From: Candidatus Sysuimicrobium tengchongense
Lineage (GTDB): Bacteria; Sysuimicrobiota; Sysuimicrobiia; Sysuimicrobiales; Sysuimicrobiaceae
Reading direction: 5' to 3'
Length of the DNA stretch: 64,000 nt
Assembly (NCBI GenBank): GCA_031460175.1
Contig: JAVKGW010000001.1
Location: 469,738 to 533,737 of the forward strand
Shown here: positions 25,467 through 34,660 of the stretch, in pieces
How the letters are laid out: each line of letters begins with the position of its first letter
Position numbering within the stretch: the first letter of the stretch is position 1
Notes under the pieces: model-generated
Told to the model about the DNA's origin: nothing
The model's database searches: none
What the model saw: the letters and a program-made list of their open reading frames with translations, nothing else
Translations under genes and position numbers: made by a program

Positions 25467-25933
25467 GGGACAGAACGGGCGTAGGACGGGAAAGGCCTGG
25501 GGGACCGGCTGCAACTGAACACCAGAGTGGCCAGTATCAGAAAGGTGTGCGCACCTCGGGCCTGGGCCCGGGCTATGACCCGCAGGCGCGTACACTGGCC
25601 TCGAGGGTCATCGGCGGTCCTCCCCGTCGCCCCATGGGGGGGTGTTGTCCAACGGGAAGGGTACGTCATACGACCCTCTTTCTTCACCGTAAACAGAACT
25701 CTGAAACGGTTCGCCCAAGTCCGTGGACCTCCACGACGCCGCCTTCCGGATGAAGGGCGCGGATCGCCCGCAGGGCTGTGTCCCGGTCCAAGGCAGGCTG
25801 GCTCACCGCCCGTACCTCCTCCACCAGGACCGTGATTTGCGTACTTGTCGGGAAGAGGAACTTTTGGTGCGATGCTTCACGGGATACACCTCCTTCTAAC
25901 TGGGTTGCGGTGCAGGCCGCGGCCTAATCTGTC

Positions 25934-26140
25934 TCAGGATCCGCGGCGCTGCGCCCCTTTCGAGGGCTTGCCTTCTTCTTTGCCCTCCAGCCAACGGAGG
26001 ACCGCCTGACGCCGGACGCGGATCGGCCGCCCCCACCGGACGACCCCGGGAACCAGCCCGCGCCGAATCGCGGCGTACAGGGCCTGGCGGCTGACGCCGA
26101 GGAGCGCCGCTAACGCACGAACCGTCATCAACTCGCCCAT
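25934..26140 (-). CDS. excisionase/AlpA-like helix-turn-helix DNA-binding protein
   Basis: MTVRALAALLGVSRQALYAAIRRGLVPGVVRWGRPIRVRRQAVLRWLE is the typical Xis/MerR-superfamily winged HTH. Located at the distal end of the island. Confidence 0.65.
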   Translation of the reverse strand: MGELMTVRALAALLGVSRQALYAAIRRGLVPGVVRWGRPIRVRRQAVLRWLEGKEEGKPSKGAQRRGS

Positions 26141-26258
26141 TGTTGACCTCCGCGCTGCATTCGCATCTGAGGGTATGAAAGCGCCTCGCCCCTGACGAAG
26201 GGAAGATCAGGGGGGCAGAGGGCCCCGATCTTCCAGACCAGAGAAGGAGGCGCGGCAG

Positions 26259-26760
26259 ATGCCGTATATCGCCTTTGACGTGCACAAGCACTACACGCTG
26301 GTACTGGGCGGTGGAGGAGGTGGAAGAGGCGGGCTGCGCCGGGAGTAGGGTTCATCCTGGCGGGGGTGATCCGCACGGAGGTCGGGGCCGTGAGCCGGTT
26401 CAGCCGGCCTGAGCACTAGAGCGGCCTACGCGGAAGTGGCCCTGCGGGTCCACGAGTCTGGGGGAAACGTCGGTATGAGGGTTGCGGATGGAGGCCAACC
26501 ACTGCCTGAAGTGGGCGTTCGTGGAGGCCGCCAACGTCTGCTGCCGTCTGCGGCAACGGTACCCCAACGACACACCAGTCGGCTGTACGAGCGCCTGCGC
26601 CCGGGCCGCCCGCCGGCGGGCGCGGTACTGGGCCCGACCCGGGGAATACCGGCGCAAGGCCCGAGAAAGGGTCCGACGGTCACGCCTCCGGCGGGCGGGG
26701 AGTTGGCACCAAATTGTCACCACTCGGCGCCACGCAGGGCCCAACACAGGACGACAGGAA
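26259..26760 (+). pseudogene. IS110-family transposase pseudogene (multiple frameshifts and an internal deletion)
   Basis: MPYIAFDVHKHYTL (N-terminal DEDD motif region) then a stop. Later fragments in other frames: VGFILAGVIRTEVGAVSRFSRPEH, VHESGGN, ANHCLKWAFVEAANVC, RLYERLR. Confidence 0.7.
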
Positions 26761-26824
26761 GCAACTATCGAACATCTAGGGTCCGCGCATGACTTAACTT
26801 CTGGCCACTACTATCGAACAGAGC

Positions 26825-26879
26825 AAACCGCTAGGACCGAGAGGTCCTCGGGGGTTCGAATCCCTCCCCCTCCGCCAGA
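26825..26879 (+). repeat. attR-like 55-bp direct repeat (orphan 3' part of tRNA-Ser)
   Basis: Perfect copy of 10985-11039. No tRNA 5' half upstream of it. Confidence 0.9.
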
Positions 26880-26925
26880 GATCCGCGCCACACCCGGCTC
26901 GTAGCTGCCACCACCTCGGGGGTTC

Positions 26926-28263
26926 TCATCTCCTCTGTGGCATCACCCCTCCGGGATGCCGGCTCCCGGTATGGCCCCGGGAAGGGATGGCAGGATGGAG
27001 GAGCATCCAGCTGCTCACCCCGAGCACCGGAAAGGTCAGCAACACCGCCGCCCCCCGGAGCCCCACGAGGGTCGCGAGGGCGCCGTCCGCCAGCGCGGCC
27101 ACCGGCCGGATCCCCAGAAAGGCCACGCTCCACAGCCCCATCAGGTGCCCTACCCGCTCCGGAGGAGCCGCGAGGAGCAGGAGGGTCTGAGTGCCCGCGT
27201 TCGCGTAGAGGAACCCGTATCCCGCAATGCCCGCGGCCGCGAGCCCCACCTCCCCGGAGGGAGCGAGGGCGAATCCCAGCCCGCCGATGCCCAGGACCAG
27301 CATGTGAAGGGCCATGGACCTCGGGGAGGGCATCCCGCCGGTACGCAGGGTCGCCGCGATGGCACCGATCCCGAAGGCCCCTACCAGGTACCCCGCCCAT
27401 GTGTCCGGCCGTCCGAACACCCGGGCGGCGAAGGCGGGGGAGAGGGTCATGATGGGATCCATGGCCACGGAGAGGGTTCCCGCCGCGATGAGGAGCAGGG
27501 GAACGGATGCCTGCGACGGGGTACCGGACGAGGGTTGCGGGGAAGCGGCCGGGTGCGTCTCCTGCCCCTGCGGTCGGATCCGGAGCAGGGCAAAGGCGAG
27601 GACGCAGAAAGAGACCGCGTTGATGAGGAACGCCCACCCGAACCCCGCGGTCTCCACGGTGAGGACCGCGAGCACCGGTCCTGCGGCCCGGGCCAGGTTG
27701 TAGGTGGCGGAGTTCATGACCAGGGCGGCGGCGAGGTCCTGGGGCCGCACGAGACAGGCGACCACCGTCTGCAGGATGGGGGTGGAGAAAGCGTTCGTCA
27801 GCCCCAGGAGGAACGCCCCGGCGATCAGCCGCCACGGGGTGAGATGCCTCAGGAAGTACAGGGCCGAGAGAAGGCCCGCGGTCCCCGCGGCCACCATCTG
27901 TGCGAGGATTCCTAGACGCCGCCGGTCGTACTGGTCCGCGAGCCGACCGCTGAGCGGTGCGAACACCGGCACGGCCGCGAACTGGGCGAAGTTCACCAAT
28001 CCCACGTAGAAGGGAGAACCCGTGAGCCGGAAGACCAGAAGGCCCTGAGCGATGTTCTGGAACCACGTGCCGAGGTTGGAGAGGAAGTTGCCCATGAAGA
28101 AGAGGGCGAAGCGGGTATCCCGCAGCAGCGCCCAGCCCGGCCGCTTGGACTGACCGCGCCCTTCTGGACGGTGCACGACGGAGAGATTCGCGGTCGGTTC
28201 GCCGCCTCCTCTTTGTGGTCGCCGCACGCTTCCGCATGCAGAACCGCGGCGCTCCCGATACAC
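26926..28263 (-). CDS. MFS transporter (MFS_3/EntS-like)
   Basis: 12-TM texture. FALFFMGNFLSNLGTWFQNIAQGLLVF and GRLADQYDRRR (the MFS motif A-like loop). True start uncertain. Confidence 0.8.
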   Translation of the reverse strand: MYRERRGSACGSVRRPQRGGGEPTANLSVVHRPEGRGQSKRPGWALLRDTRFALFFMGNFLSNLGTWFQNIAQGLLVFRLTGSPFYVGLVNFAQFAAVPVFAPLSGRLADQYDRRRLGILAQMVAAGTAGLLSALYFLRHLTPWRLIAGAFLLGLTNAFSTPILQTVVACLVRPQDLAAALVMNSATYNLARAAGPVLAVLTVETAGFGWAFLINAVSFCVLAFALLRIRPQGQETHPAASPQPSSGTPSQASVPLLLIAAGTLSVAMDPIMTLSPAFAARVFGRPDTWAGYLVGAFGIGAIAATLRTGGMPSPRSMALHMLVLGIGGLGFALAPSGEVGLAAAGIAGYGFLYANAGTQTLLLLAAPPERVGHLMGLWSVAFLGIRPVAALADGALATLVGLRGAAVLLTFPVLGVSSWMLLHPAIPSRGHTGSRHPGGVMPQRR

Positions 28264-28295
28264 TGGAGGGGTCAGGTCCCTGCGGAGGTGATGGA

Positions 28296-28670
28296 ATGCT
28301 GGCCCGGGACATCATGACCAAGGACGTGATCACCCTGGATCCCTCCTTGACCGTGGAGGAGGCCGCGGACGTCCTCATCCGCTACCGGATCCACGGGGCC
28401 CCCGTGGTGGACCAGGAGGAGCGGCTGGTGGGGATGGTGAGCCTCGTGGACCTCGTGGCGAAGGCGGGGAGCCGGGTTCGGGACATCATGACGCCGGATC
28501 CCGTGACCGCTTCGGAGGACACCCCGCTTGCCGAGCTGGCGCAGCTGATGCTGGATGAGATGGTCCGCCGGGTTCCCATCGTGCGCGGAAGTCGGGTGGT
28601 GGGGATCGTGAGCGCGAGTGACTTCCTCCGGGCGTACCTGGAGCTGGTGGGAGAAGGACGGGCGGAGTAG
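28296..28670 (+). CDS. CBS-pair protein (stand-alone)
   Basis: Two CBS motifs (ARDIMTKDVITL..., VRDIMTPDPVTA...VPIV..G.VVGIVS..D). ATG 28296 follows GGAGGTG. Confidence 0.85.
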   Translation: MLARDIMTKDVITLDPSLTVEEAADVLIRYRIHGAPVVDQEERLVGMVSLVDLVAKAGSRVRDIMTPDPVTASEDTPLAELAQLMLDEMVRRVPIVRGSRVVGIVSASDFLRAYLELVGEGRAE

Positions 28671-28796
28671 GGCGCCCATGGGTCCCTTGCGGCGGTGGGG
28701 ACCGATCCGCCATCCGGCTCCGGAAGGATCCCGGTCCGCTCCATGTCCGATCCCCTCCCACGTGCCCGCCTGGTACGCTTGAGGGGAGGTCACGGG

Positions 28797-29483
28797 ATGG
28801 AGGGGGCGGTGCGCAGGCTGCGGGCACGGGACGTGATGACGACGCCCGTCTACACCGTGGGGCCGGAGACCCCGGTGCCTGAAGTGGCGCGGCTGCTGGT
28901 GGAGCGGCACATCAGCGGGGCGCCCGTGGTGGACGAGACGGGCCGGCTCGTGGGGATCGTGACGGAGGCGGACCTGCTGCCCAAGGAGGCGGGGCCCGCG
29001 GGTCTTCCCCTCACCGCCCTGCTCGGCCCGGAAGCACCCCCAGAGGTTCGGGAGCACCTGCGCCGGTACCGGGGACGGGTGGTGCGGGAGGTGATGACCC
29101 GGGAGGTGGTGACGGCCACGGAGGACACCCCGGTGCAGCAGCTCGCGGCCCTCATGCTCCGCAAGCGGGTGAACCGGATCCCCATCGTGCGGGGGGAGCG
29201 CGTGGTGGGCATCGTCACCCGGAACGACGTGCTCCGGGCCTTCTTCCGGCGGGACGAGGATCTGGAGCGTGCGGCTCAGGAGACCCTGCGCGACCTCGAG
29301 CTGGATCCGGGGCGCCTCACGATCCGGGCCCGGGAAGGGGTGCTGGAGATCCGTGGAGAGGTGGATTCTCCGGAGCACGCCCGGCTCGTGGAGCTGGTGC
29401 TACGGGCCCTGGACGGGGTGGTGGATGTGGATGTCTCGGGAATCCGCATCGTCTCCGCCCCTCCGAGAGATGCTGCGCGTTAG
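28797..29483 (+). CDS. CBS-pair + BON domain protein
   Basis: Two CBS motifs, then LTIRAREGVLEIRGEVDSPEHARLVELVLRALDGVVDV (BON). ATG 28797 follows GAGGGGAGG. Confidence 0.85.
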   Translation: MEGAVRRLRARDVMTTPVYTVGPETPVPEVARLLVERHISGAPVVDETGRLVGIVTEADLLPKEAGPAGLPLTALLGPEAPPEVREHLRRYRGRVVREVMTREVVTATEDTPVQQLAALMLRKRVNRIPIVRGERVVGIVTRNDVLRAFFRRDEDLERAAQETLRDLELDPGRLTIRAREGVLEIRGEVDSPEHARLVELVLRALDGVVDVDVSGIRIVSAPPRDAAR

Positions 29484-32184
29484 CAAGTACCCCGCGCACC
29501 TGGAGACGGATCTCGTCCTGCGGGACGGGACCACGGTGCACGTGCGTCCGGCCCGACCGGAGGACCGGCCCCGGGTCCTGGAGTTCCTCCGTTCCCTCTC
29601 CGAGGAGTCGCGCCTGTACCGGTTCTTCGCGGCCTTGGGGGATGCGGCCCTGGCAGAAGAGGCCCAGCGCATGTGCGAGGTGGACTACGAGGACCGCATG
29701 GCCCTGGTGGCCACCGCGGGACCGGAGGAGCGGGTGGTGGCGCACGGGATGTACGCCCTGCGGGCGCCGGGCCGGGCGGAGGTGGCGGTGGTGGTGGCGG
29801 ATCCGTATCAGGGGAGGGGCCTCGGGACCCTGCTTTTGGGGCAGCTCGCGGAGATCGCCGCGGCAAAGGGAATCGAGGTGTTCGAGGCGGAAGTTCTCCC
29901 GGAAAACCACCGCATGATCCGGGTGCTGCGGGATCTCGGGTTCCCCGCGGAGGTGCGGGCGGGGGCGGGAGAGCTCCTGGTGACCTTCCCCACCCGGTTC
30001 ACCCCGGAGGCGGTGGAGCGGTTCGAGCGACGGGAGCGCATCGCGGCGGCCAATGCCCTGAAGGCCATCCTCCAACCGCGGAGCGTGGCGGTGATCGGGG
30101 CCTCCCGGGACCGACAGAGCATCCCTGGACAGCTGTTCTGGAACCTCCTGCGGTACGGGTTTTCGGGTGCCGTGTATCCGGTGAACCCCCGGGCGCGGGT
30201 GGTCCAGGGGGTGCAGAGTCATCCGTCCGTGGAGGCGATCCCGGAGACCGTGGACCTGGCGGTGATCGCGGTGCCCGCGGAGCACGTGGCGGAGGTGGCC
30301 CGGCAGTGCGCCCGGAAAGGGGTGCGGGCCTTGGTGGTGATCTCCGCGGGATTCGCGGAGGCGGGCCCGGAAGGGGCCCGGCGCCAGGAGGAGTTGCTGC
30401 GCATCTGCCGGGCAAGCGGCATGCGCCTGGTGGGGCCGAACTGCATGGGGGTGGTGAACACCCATCCAGAGGTCCGGCTGCTGGCCACCTTCGCGCCTCA
30501 TCCCCCGCCGCGGGGACACGTGGGGTTCATGTCCCAGAGCGGGGGGCTCGCGCTGGCGATCTTCGAGTACGCGGCGCGGGTGGGGCTGGGCCTCAGCAGC
30601 TTCGTGTCCGTGGGGAACAAGGCGGACATCTCCGGCAACGATCTCCTCCAGTACTGGGAGGAGGATCCGGACACCCGTGTCATCCTTCTCTACCTGGAGT
30701 CCTTCGGGAATCCCCGGAAGTTCGCCCGTATCGCGCGCCGGGTTGCCCGGCGAAAGCCCATCGTGGCCACGAAGAGCGGCCGCTCCCCCGCGGGGGCCCG
30801 GGCCGTGGCCTCCCACACGGGTGCCCTGGTGGCAGGATCGGACGCGGTGGTGGACGCCCTGTTCAGTCAAGCGGGGGTGATCCGCACGGACACCCTTGAG
30901 GAGATGTTTGACGTGGCCATGTTGCTGGCCCACCAGCCACCCCCGCGGGGCCGGAATGTGGCCATCCTCACCAACGTGGGCGGCCCCGGCATCCTCTGCG
31001 CGGACGCGTGCGAAGGGCAGGGCCTGCGGGTTCCACCCCTTCCGGAGGCCACCCAGAAGCGGCTGAGGGACCTGTTGCCGCCGCACGCGGCGGTCACCAA
31101 CCCCGTGGACATGACGGCCGCGGCCCGACCGGAGCACTACCGGGAAGCCCTGCGGCTCCTCGGGGAGGAGTCCGAAATCCACGCCCTCGTCGCCATCTTT
31201 ATCCCGCCCGCCACCATCCCCGCCGCGGAGGTGGCCCGGGCCATCCGGGAAGGGGCGGCGGGGGTGTGGGGCCGGAAGCCGGTCCTCGCGGTGTTCATGA
31301 CGCCGGACGGCGTTCCCCGGGAGCCGCGGGATGGAGAGATCCCGCTCTCTGTGTACGAGTTCCCGGAGCGGGCCGCCATCGCCCTGGCCCGGTCGGCCCG
31401 GTACGGGGAGTGGCTGGGCCGGCCCATCCCGGAGCCTCCGGAGCTACCCGGGATCCGGCGGGAGGAGGCCGTGGGCGAGGTGGCCCGGGCCCTCGCGGAG
31501 GGTGGAGGATGGCTGGACCCGGAGCGGACGCGCCGGGTGCTCTCCTGCTACGGGCTCCCGATCCTGGACCAGCGGGTGGCCACTACCCCGGAAGAGGCTG
31601 GGGAGCTGGCAGAAGCCTTCGGCGGGGAGGTGGCCCTCAAGGCCGTAGCCCCCGCCCTGGTGCACAAGAGCGAGGTAGGAGGGGTGCGGCTCGGGCTTCG
31701 GGGGCGGGAGGCGGTGCGGGCCGCCGCGGAGGAGATGCGGGCCCGGTTGCAGAACTCCGGGATCTCCCTCCGCGGCTTTCTCGTGCAGCCCATGGCCCCT
31801 CCGGGCGTGGAGATGATCGTGGGGGTGGTCCACGACCCCACCTTCGGTCCCGTGGTGGCGTGTGGGGCGGGTGGGGTCCTCACGGAGCTGCTGCGAGACG
31901 TGGCGGTTCGGCTCGTGCCCATCACGGAGCAGGATGCCCGGGAGATGCTGGCACAACTGCGCACCTCCCCCCTCCTCCACGGCTACCGCGGCATGCCCCC
32001 GCGGGACACGCGGGCCCTCGTGGACATCCTGGTGCGGGTGGGAGCCCTGGCGGACGACCTTCCGGAGGTCGCGGAGCTGGACCTCAACCCGGTCCTCGTG
32101 CACGAATCCGGAGCCACCATCGTGGATGCCCGGCTGCGGGTGGCTCCCTATGAGCGCATCCCCCGGATCACCCGCCGGCGGTAA
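29470..32184 (+). CDS. GNAT acetyltransferase fused to ADP-forming acyl-CoA synthetase-like domains (Pat-type protein acetyltransferase / acetate--CoA ligase [ADP-forming])
   Basis: N-terminal GNAT (VHVRPARPEDRPRVLEFL...YQGRGLGTLLL). CoA-binding (PRSVAVIGASRD...VYPVNP). Succinyl-CoA-synthetase-like flavodoxin domain. C-terminal ATP-grasp (VALKAVAP.LVHKSEVGGV). ATG 29470 overlaps the upstream gene end. Confidence 0.85.
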   Translation: MLRVSKYPAHLETDLVLRDGTTVHVRPARPEDRPRVLEFLRSLSEESRLYRFFAALGDAALAEEAQRMCEVDYEDRMALVATAGPEERVVAHGMYALRAPGRAEVAVVVADPYQGRGLGTLLLGQLAEIAAAKGIEVFEAEVLPENHRMIRVLRDLGFPAEVRAGAGELLVTFPTRFTPEAVERFERRERIAAANALKAILQPRSVAVIGASRDRQSIPGQLFWNLLRYGFSGAVYPVNPRARVVQGVQSHPSVEAIPETVDLAVIAVPAEHVAEVARQCARKGVRALVVISAGFAEAGPEGARRQEELLRICRASGMRLVGPNCMGVVNTHPEVRLLATFAPHPPPRGHVGFMSQSGGLALAIFEYAARVGLGLSSFVSVGNKADISGNDLLQYWEEDPDTRVILLYLESFGNPRKFARIARRVARRKPIVATKSGRSPAGARAVASHTGALVAGSDAVVDALFSQAGVIRTDTLEEMFDVAMLLAHQPPPRGRNVAILTNVGGPGILCADACEGQGLRVPPLPEATQKRLRDLLPPHAAVTNPVDMTAAARPEHYREALRLLGEESEIHALVAIFIPPATIPAAEVARAIREGAAGVWGRKPVLAVFMTPDGVPREPRDGEIPLSVYEFPERAAIALARSARYGEWLGRPIPEPPELPGIRREEAVGEVARALAEGGGWLDPERTRRVLSCYGLPILDQRVATTPEEAGELAEAFGGEVALKAVAPALVHKSEVGGVRLGLRGREAVRAAAEEMRARLQNSGISLRGFLVQPMAPPGVEMIVGVVHDPTFGPVVACGAGGVLTELLRDVAVRLVPITEQDAREMLAQLRTSPLLHGYRGMPPRDTRALVDILVRVGALADDLPEVAELDLNPVLVHESGATIVDARLRVAPYERIPRITRRR

Positions 32185-32265
32185 TCCCGCGTCTTCCCAG
32201 ATTCGGTCAGGGACCCGATGGTTCTGGGGCCCCTCTCCGGGAACACTGGGGATGGAGGGATCCCG

Positions 32266-32958
32266 ATGCGGACCTGGCTCGTGGCCAAGGACGTGATGAC
32301 CTCTCCCGTGATCACGCTCCGCCCGGAGACCACGCTCCGGGAGGCCGCGGAGCTGTTCCTGCGCCACCACATCAGCGGGGCGCCCGTGGTGGATCGGGAA
32401 GGAAGACTCGTGGGGATCGTGACGGAGGCAGATCTGCTCCGTCGGGAGGCCCAGCCCATGCCGGAAGCCAGGCGGGGCTTTCTCTCCTTCCTGTGGCGGG
32501 ACGTGCGGCTGCGGGCGGGCCGGACGGTGCGGGTGGAGGAGGTGATGACGCGGGAGGTGATCACGGCCACGGAGGACACCCCGGTGCGGGAGCTGGCCCG
32601 GCGCATGCTCCTCCGCAAGGTCAACCGGATCCCCATCGTGCGGGAAGGGAAGGTGGTGGGGATCGTGACCCGGGCGGACGTGCTGAAGGCCTTCGCGCGG
32701 CCGGATCCGGAGCTCGTGGAGGCAGTCCGGCGGGTCCTCGCGGAGGAGCTCGGAGTGGACCTTAGCCGGGTGGCGGTGGAGGCAGAGGGGGGAACGGTGC
32801 GCATCCGGGGGGAGGTGGAGCGCGCCAGCGACGTGGAGCTCGTGCACCGGTATGTGGCCATGGTAGACGGGGTAACGTCCGTGGACACCACGGAGCTCCG
32901 ATACCGGGTGGAGGACCTACGGCTGCACCCGCTCCCCGGAGACCATCCCCCTCCCTGA
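32266..32958 (+). CDS. CBS-pair + BON domain protein
   Basis: AKDVMTSPVITL..HHISGAPVVD / VEEVMTREVITA..RIPIV CBS motifs. C-terminal VRIRGEVERASDVELVHRYVAMVDGVTSV (BON). Confidence 0.85.
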   Translation: MRTWLVAKDVMTSPVITLRPETTLREAAELFLRHHISGAPVVDREGRLVGIVTEADLLRREAQPMPEARRGFLSFLWRDVRLRAGRTVRVEEVMTREVITATEDTPVRELARRMLLRKVNRIPIVREGKVVGIVTRADVLKAFARPDPELVEAVRRVLAEELGVDLSRVAVEAEGGTVRIRGEVERASDVELVHRYVAMVDGVTSVDTTELRYRVEDLRLHPLPGDHPPP

Positions 32959-32969
32959 ACCGGATCCCC

Positions 32970-33656
32970 TTAAGTGGCGCGGTCGTCGAAGCGGTAGGTG
33001 AGGCGGCTTTCCACGCGGACGACGCCGTCGATGGTGGCCACCCAGCGTTCGGCGAGTTCCTTATCGGAGCGGCGTTCCACCTCTCCCTCGAGGGTGACCA
33101 CGCCCTCATGGACCTCGATGCGGAGGCGGGTGGGGTCGATCCAGAGTTCTTCGAGGAAGGCTCTACGGACGGCCTCCAGGAGTTCGTGGTCGGGTCTGGT
33201 GAGGGCTTTGAGGACGTCTGCGCGGCTGAGGATGCCGACGACCTGGCCGTCTCGGACCACGGGGAGGCGGTTGATGCGGTGGCGGGTCATGAGGGCGGCG
33301 GCCTCGCGGAGGGGGGTATTTTCGGTGATGGTGATGACCGGGGAGGTCATGAGGTCGCGGGCCAGGAGGCCCTCGGACTTCCGCTCGGCGTGTGCGAGTT
33401 GGCCTCTGCGGAGGAGGCGGAGGAGGCCTCCTTCCTCTGGGGATTCGGGGAGCTCCTTGTAGAGGAGGTCGGCCTCGGTGAGGATGCCCACGAGCGTACC
33501 GTGTTCGTCCACCACGGGGACGCCGCTGATGTGGTGGGTGAGGAGGAGGCGGGCCACCTCCTTGATGGGGGTATCGGGCCGGACGGTGACCACGGGAGAG
33601 GTCATCACATCCCGGGCCACCAGGTGAACACGAGGGCGTGCGGTTCCCATAGGCAC
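32970..33656 (-). CDS. CBS-pair + BON domain protein (paralogue A of the duplicated pair)
   Basis: ARDVMTSPVVTV..HHISGVPVVD, ARDLMTSPVITI..RLPVV, VTLEGEVERRSDKELAERWVATIDGVVRV. Confidence 0.85.
   Translation of the reverse strand: MPMGTARPRVHLVARDVMTSPVVTVRPDTPIKEVARLLLTHHISGVPVVDEHGTLVGILTEADLLYKELPESPEEGGLLRLLRRGQLAHAERKSEGLLARDLMTSPVITITENTPLREAAALMTRHRINRLPVVRDGQVVGILSRADVLKALTRPDHELLEAVRRAFLEELWIDPTRLRIEVHEGVVTLEGEVERRSDKELAERWVATIDGVVRVESRLTYRFDDRAT
32980..33620. repeat. 641-bp direct repeat, copy 1
   Basis: Matches 36005-36645 at a constant offset of 3025 bp. I found only 2 mismatches (33039 C/T, 33165 A/G). Confidence 0.9.
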
Positions 33657-33720
33657 CTCCCGTCGGGTTTGGATGATGCTGCGGCAAGCCTACCATCCCT
33701 AGACGTCCGGAGAAGCGGGC

Positions 33721-34644
33721 TCAGCGCGAGCCCGCCTCAGCCCGGTGTCGCACGGTGAGGACGGGCACGGGGCTTGCGCGCACCACGTGCTCCGCCACAC
33801 TTCCGAACAGGATCCGCTCCACGCCCGTGCGGCCGTGGGTGCCCATCACCACGAGATCCGCGCCCACCTCCCGGGCCACCTCCGGGATGCGGTGGCGGGC
33901 GGTGGCGGTGCCGAAGGCGGTGTGGAGCAACACCTCCGCACCCTGCAGGCGCTCGGCCCGCGTCCGCAACTCCTCCCGGGCCCGTTCCTCCGCGGCCCGG
34001 AGCACCGCCTCCAGGAGGGGCTCTCCGCCCGCCCACTCCGAGAACGCGGACAGCTCCTCGTACGTGAGCTCCACCACGTGAAGCAGGACGATCCGGCCAC
34101 CGAAGGCGCGGGCCAGCAGTTCCGCCCAGGGAAGCGCAACATCGGAAGCCGGGGAGAAGTCCACGGGCACGAGCACCGTTCGCACCTGGGGGGTATCCGT
34201 CACCGTTGAGCGCACGGTGAGCACGGGGACGGGGCTATGGACCACCACGTGCTGGGCCACGCTTCCGAAGAGCAGACGCGGGATGCCGCTGCGACCGTGG
34301 GTCCCCATCACCACCAGGTCCGCCCCGGTCTCCGCGGTGGCCTGGAGGATGACCTCCCGGGCCGGACCTTCCCGGATCATGCTCCGGGCGCCGGGGAGGC
34401 GTTCTTCCAGCTGGCGCAGGAGCCGCTCCGCCTCCTGCCGTGCGTGCTCCACGAGGCGCGTGTAGAGGTCCACCGTGACCCCGGTGGGTCCCAGGAGCAG
34501 GGCGGGGTCCAGGGCGAGGGCGTGGAGGAGGACGAGGTCCGCCCCGAAGCGCTGGCTCAGGAGGGAGGCCCACCGCAGGGCACCTTCAGAGGCTGGGGAG
34601 AAGTCCGTGGCGGCGAGAATCCTGCGGATGGCCACGCGTTCCAT
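33721..34644 (-). CDS. tandem universal stress protein (UspA x2)
   Basis: Two USP domains, each ending in G.HGRSG/G.HGRTG ...LFGSVA..V...PVPVL.V. Confidence 0.85.
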   Translation of the reverse strand: MERVAIRRILAATDFSPASEGALRWASLLSQRFGADLVLLHALALDPALLLGPTGVTVDLYTRLVEHARQEAERLLRQLEERLPGARSMIREGPAREVILQATAETGADLVVMGTHGRSGIPRLLFGSVAQHVVVHSPVPVLTVRSTVTDTPQVRTVLVPVDFSPASDVALPWAELLARAFGGRIVLLHVVELTYEELSAFSEWAGGEPLLEAVLRAAEERAREELRTRAERLQGAEVLLHTAFGTATARHRIPEVAREVGADLVVMGTHGRTGVERILFGSVAEHVVRASPVPVLTVRHRAEAGSR

Positions 34645-34660
34645 GGTTCCTCCCGGATGC

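Larger units (their letters stand above)
11040..26824. mobile_element. tRNA-Ser-integrated genomic island (about 15.8 kb), no recognisable integrase, IS debris at both ends
   Basis: Bounded by the perfect 55-bp tRNA-derived direct repeat. Contains an excisionase-like gene, IS3 and IS110 remnants and accessory-type genes. Confidence 0.8.

Noticed and set aside
25684-25880. Small minus-strand gene in the 460-bp gap after the helicase. A strong GGAGGTG (25893-25887) is followed by GTG 25880, which opens only a 25-codon basic ORF. A more protein-like frame (..KFLFPTSTQITVLVEEVRAVSQPALDRDTALRAIRALHPEGG..) would be reached by a -1 shift at the A4 run (25862-25865).
   Set aside because: Neither frame alone gives a convincing gene and I recognise no family motif. 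The recoding idea is pure speculation. It is worth a homology search but is not reportable as a feature.
26825-26877. Second tRNA-Ser gene.
   Set aside because: Only nt 38-90 of the tRNA are present. The upstream sequence has no acceptor 5' strand or D-arm. I interpret it as the att-site duplicate.
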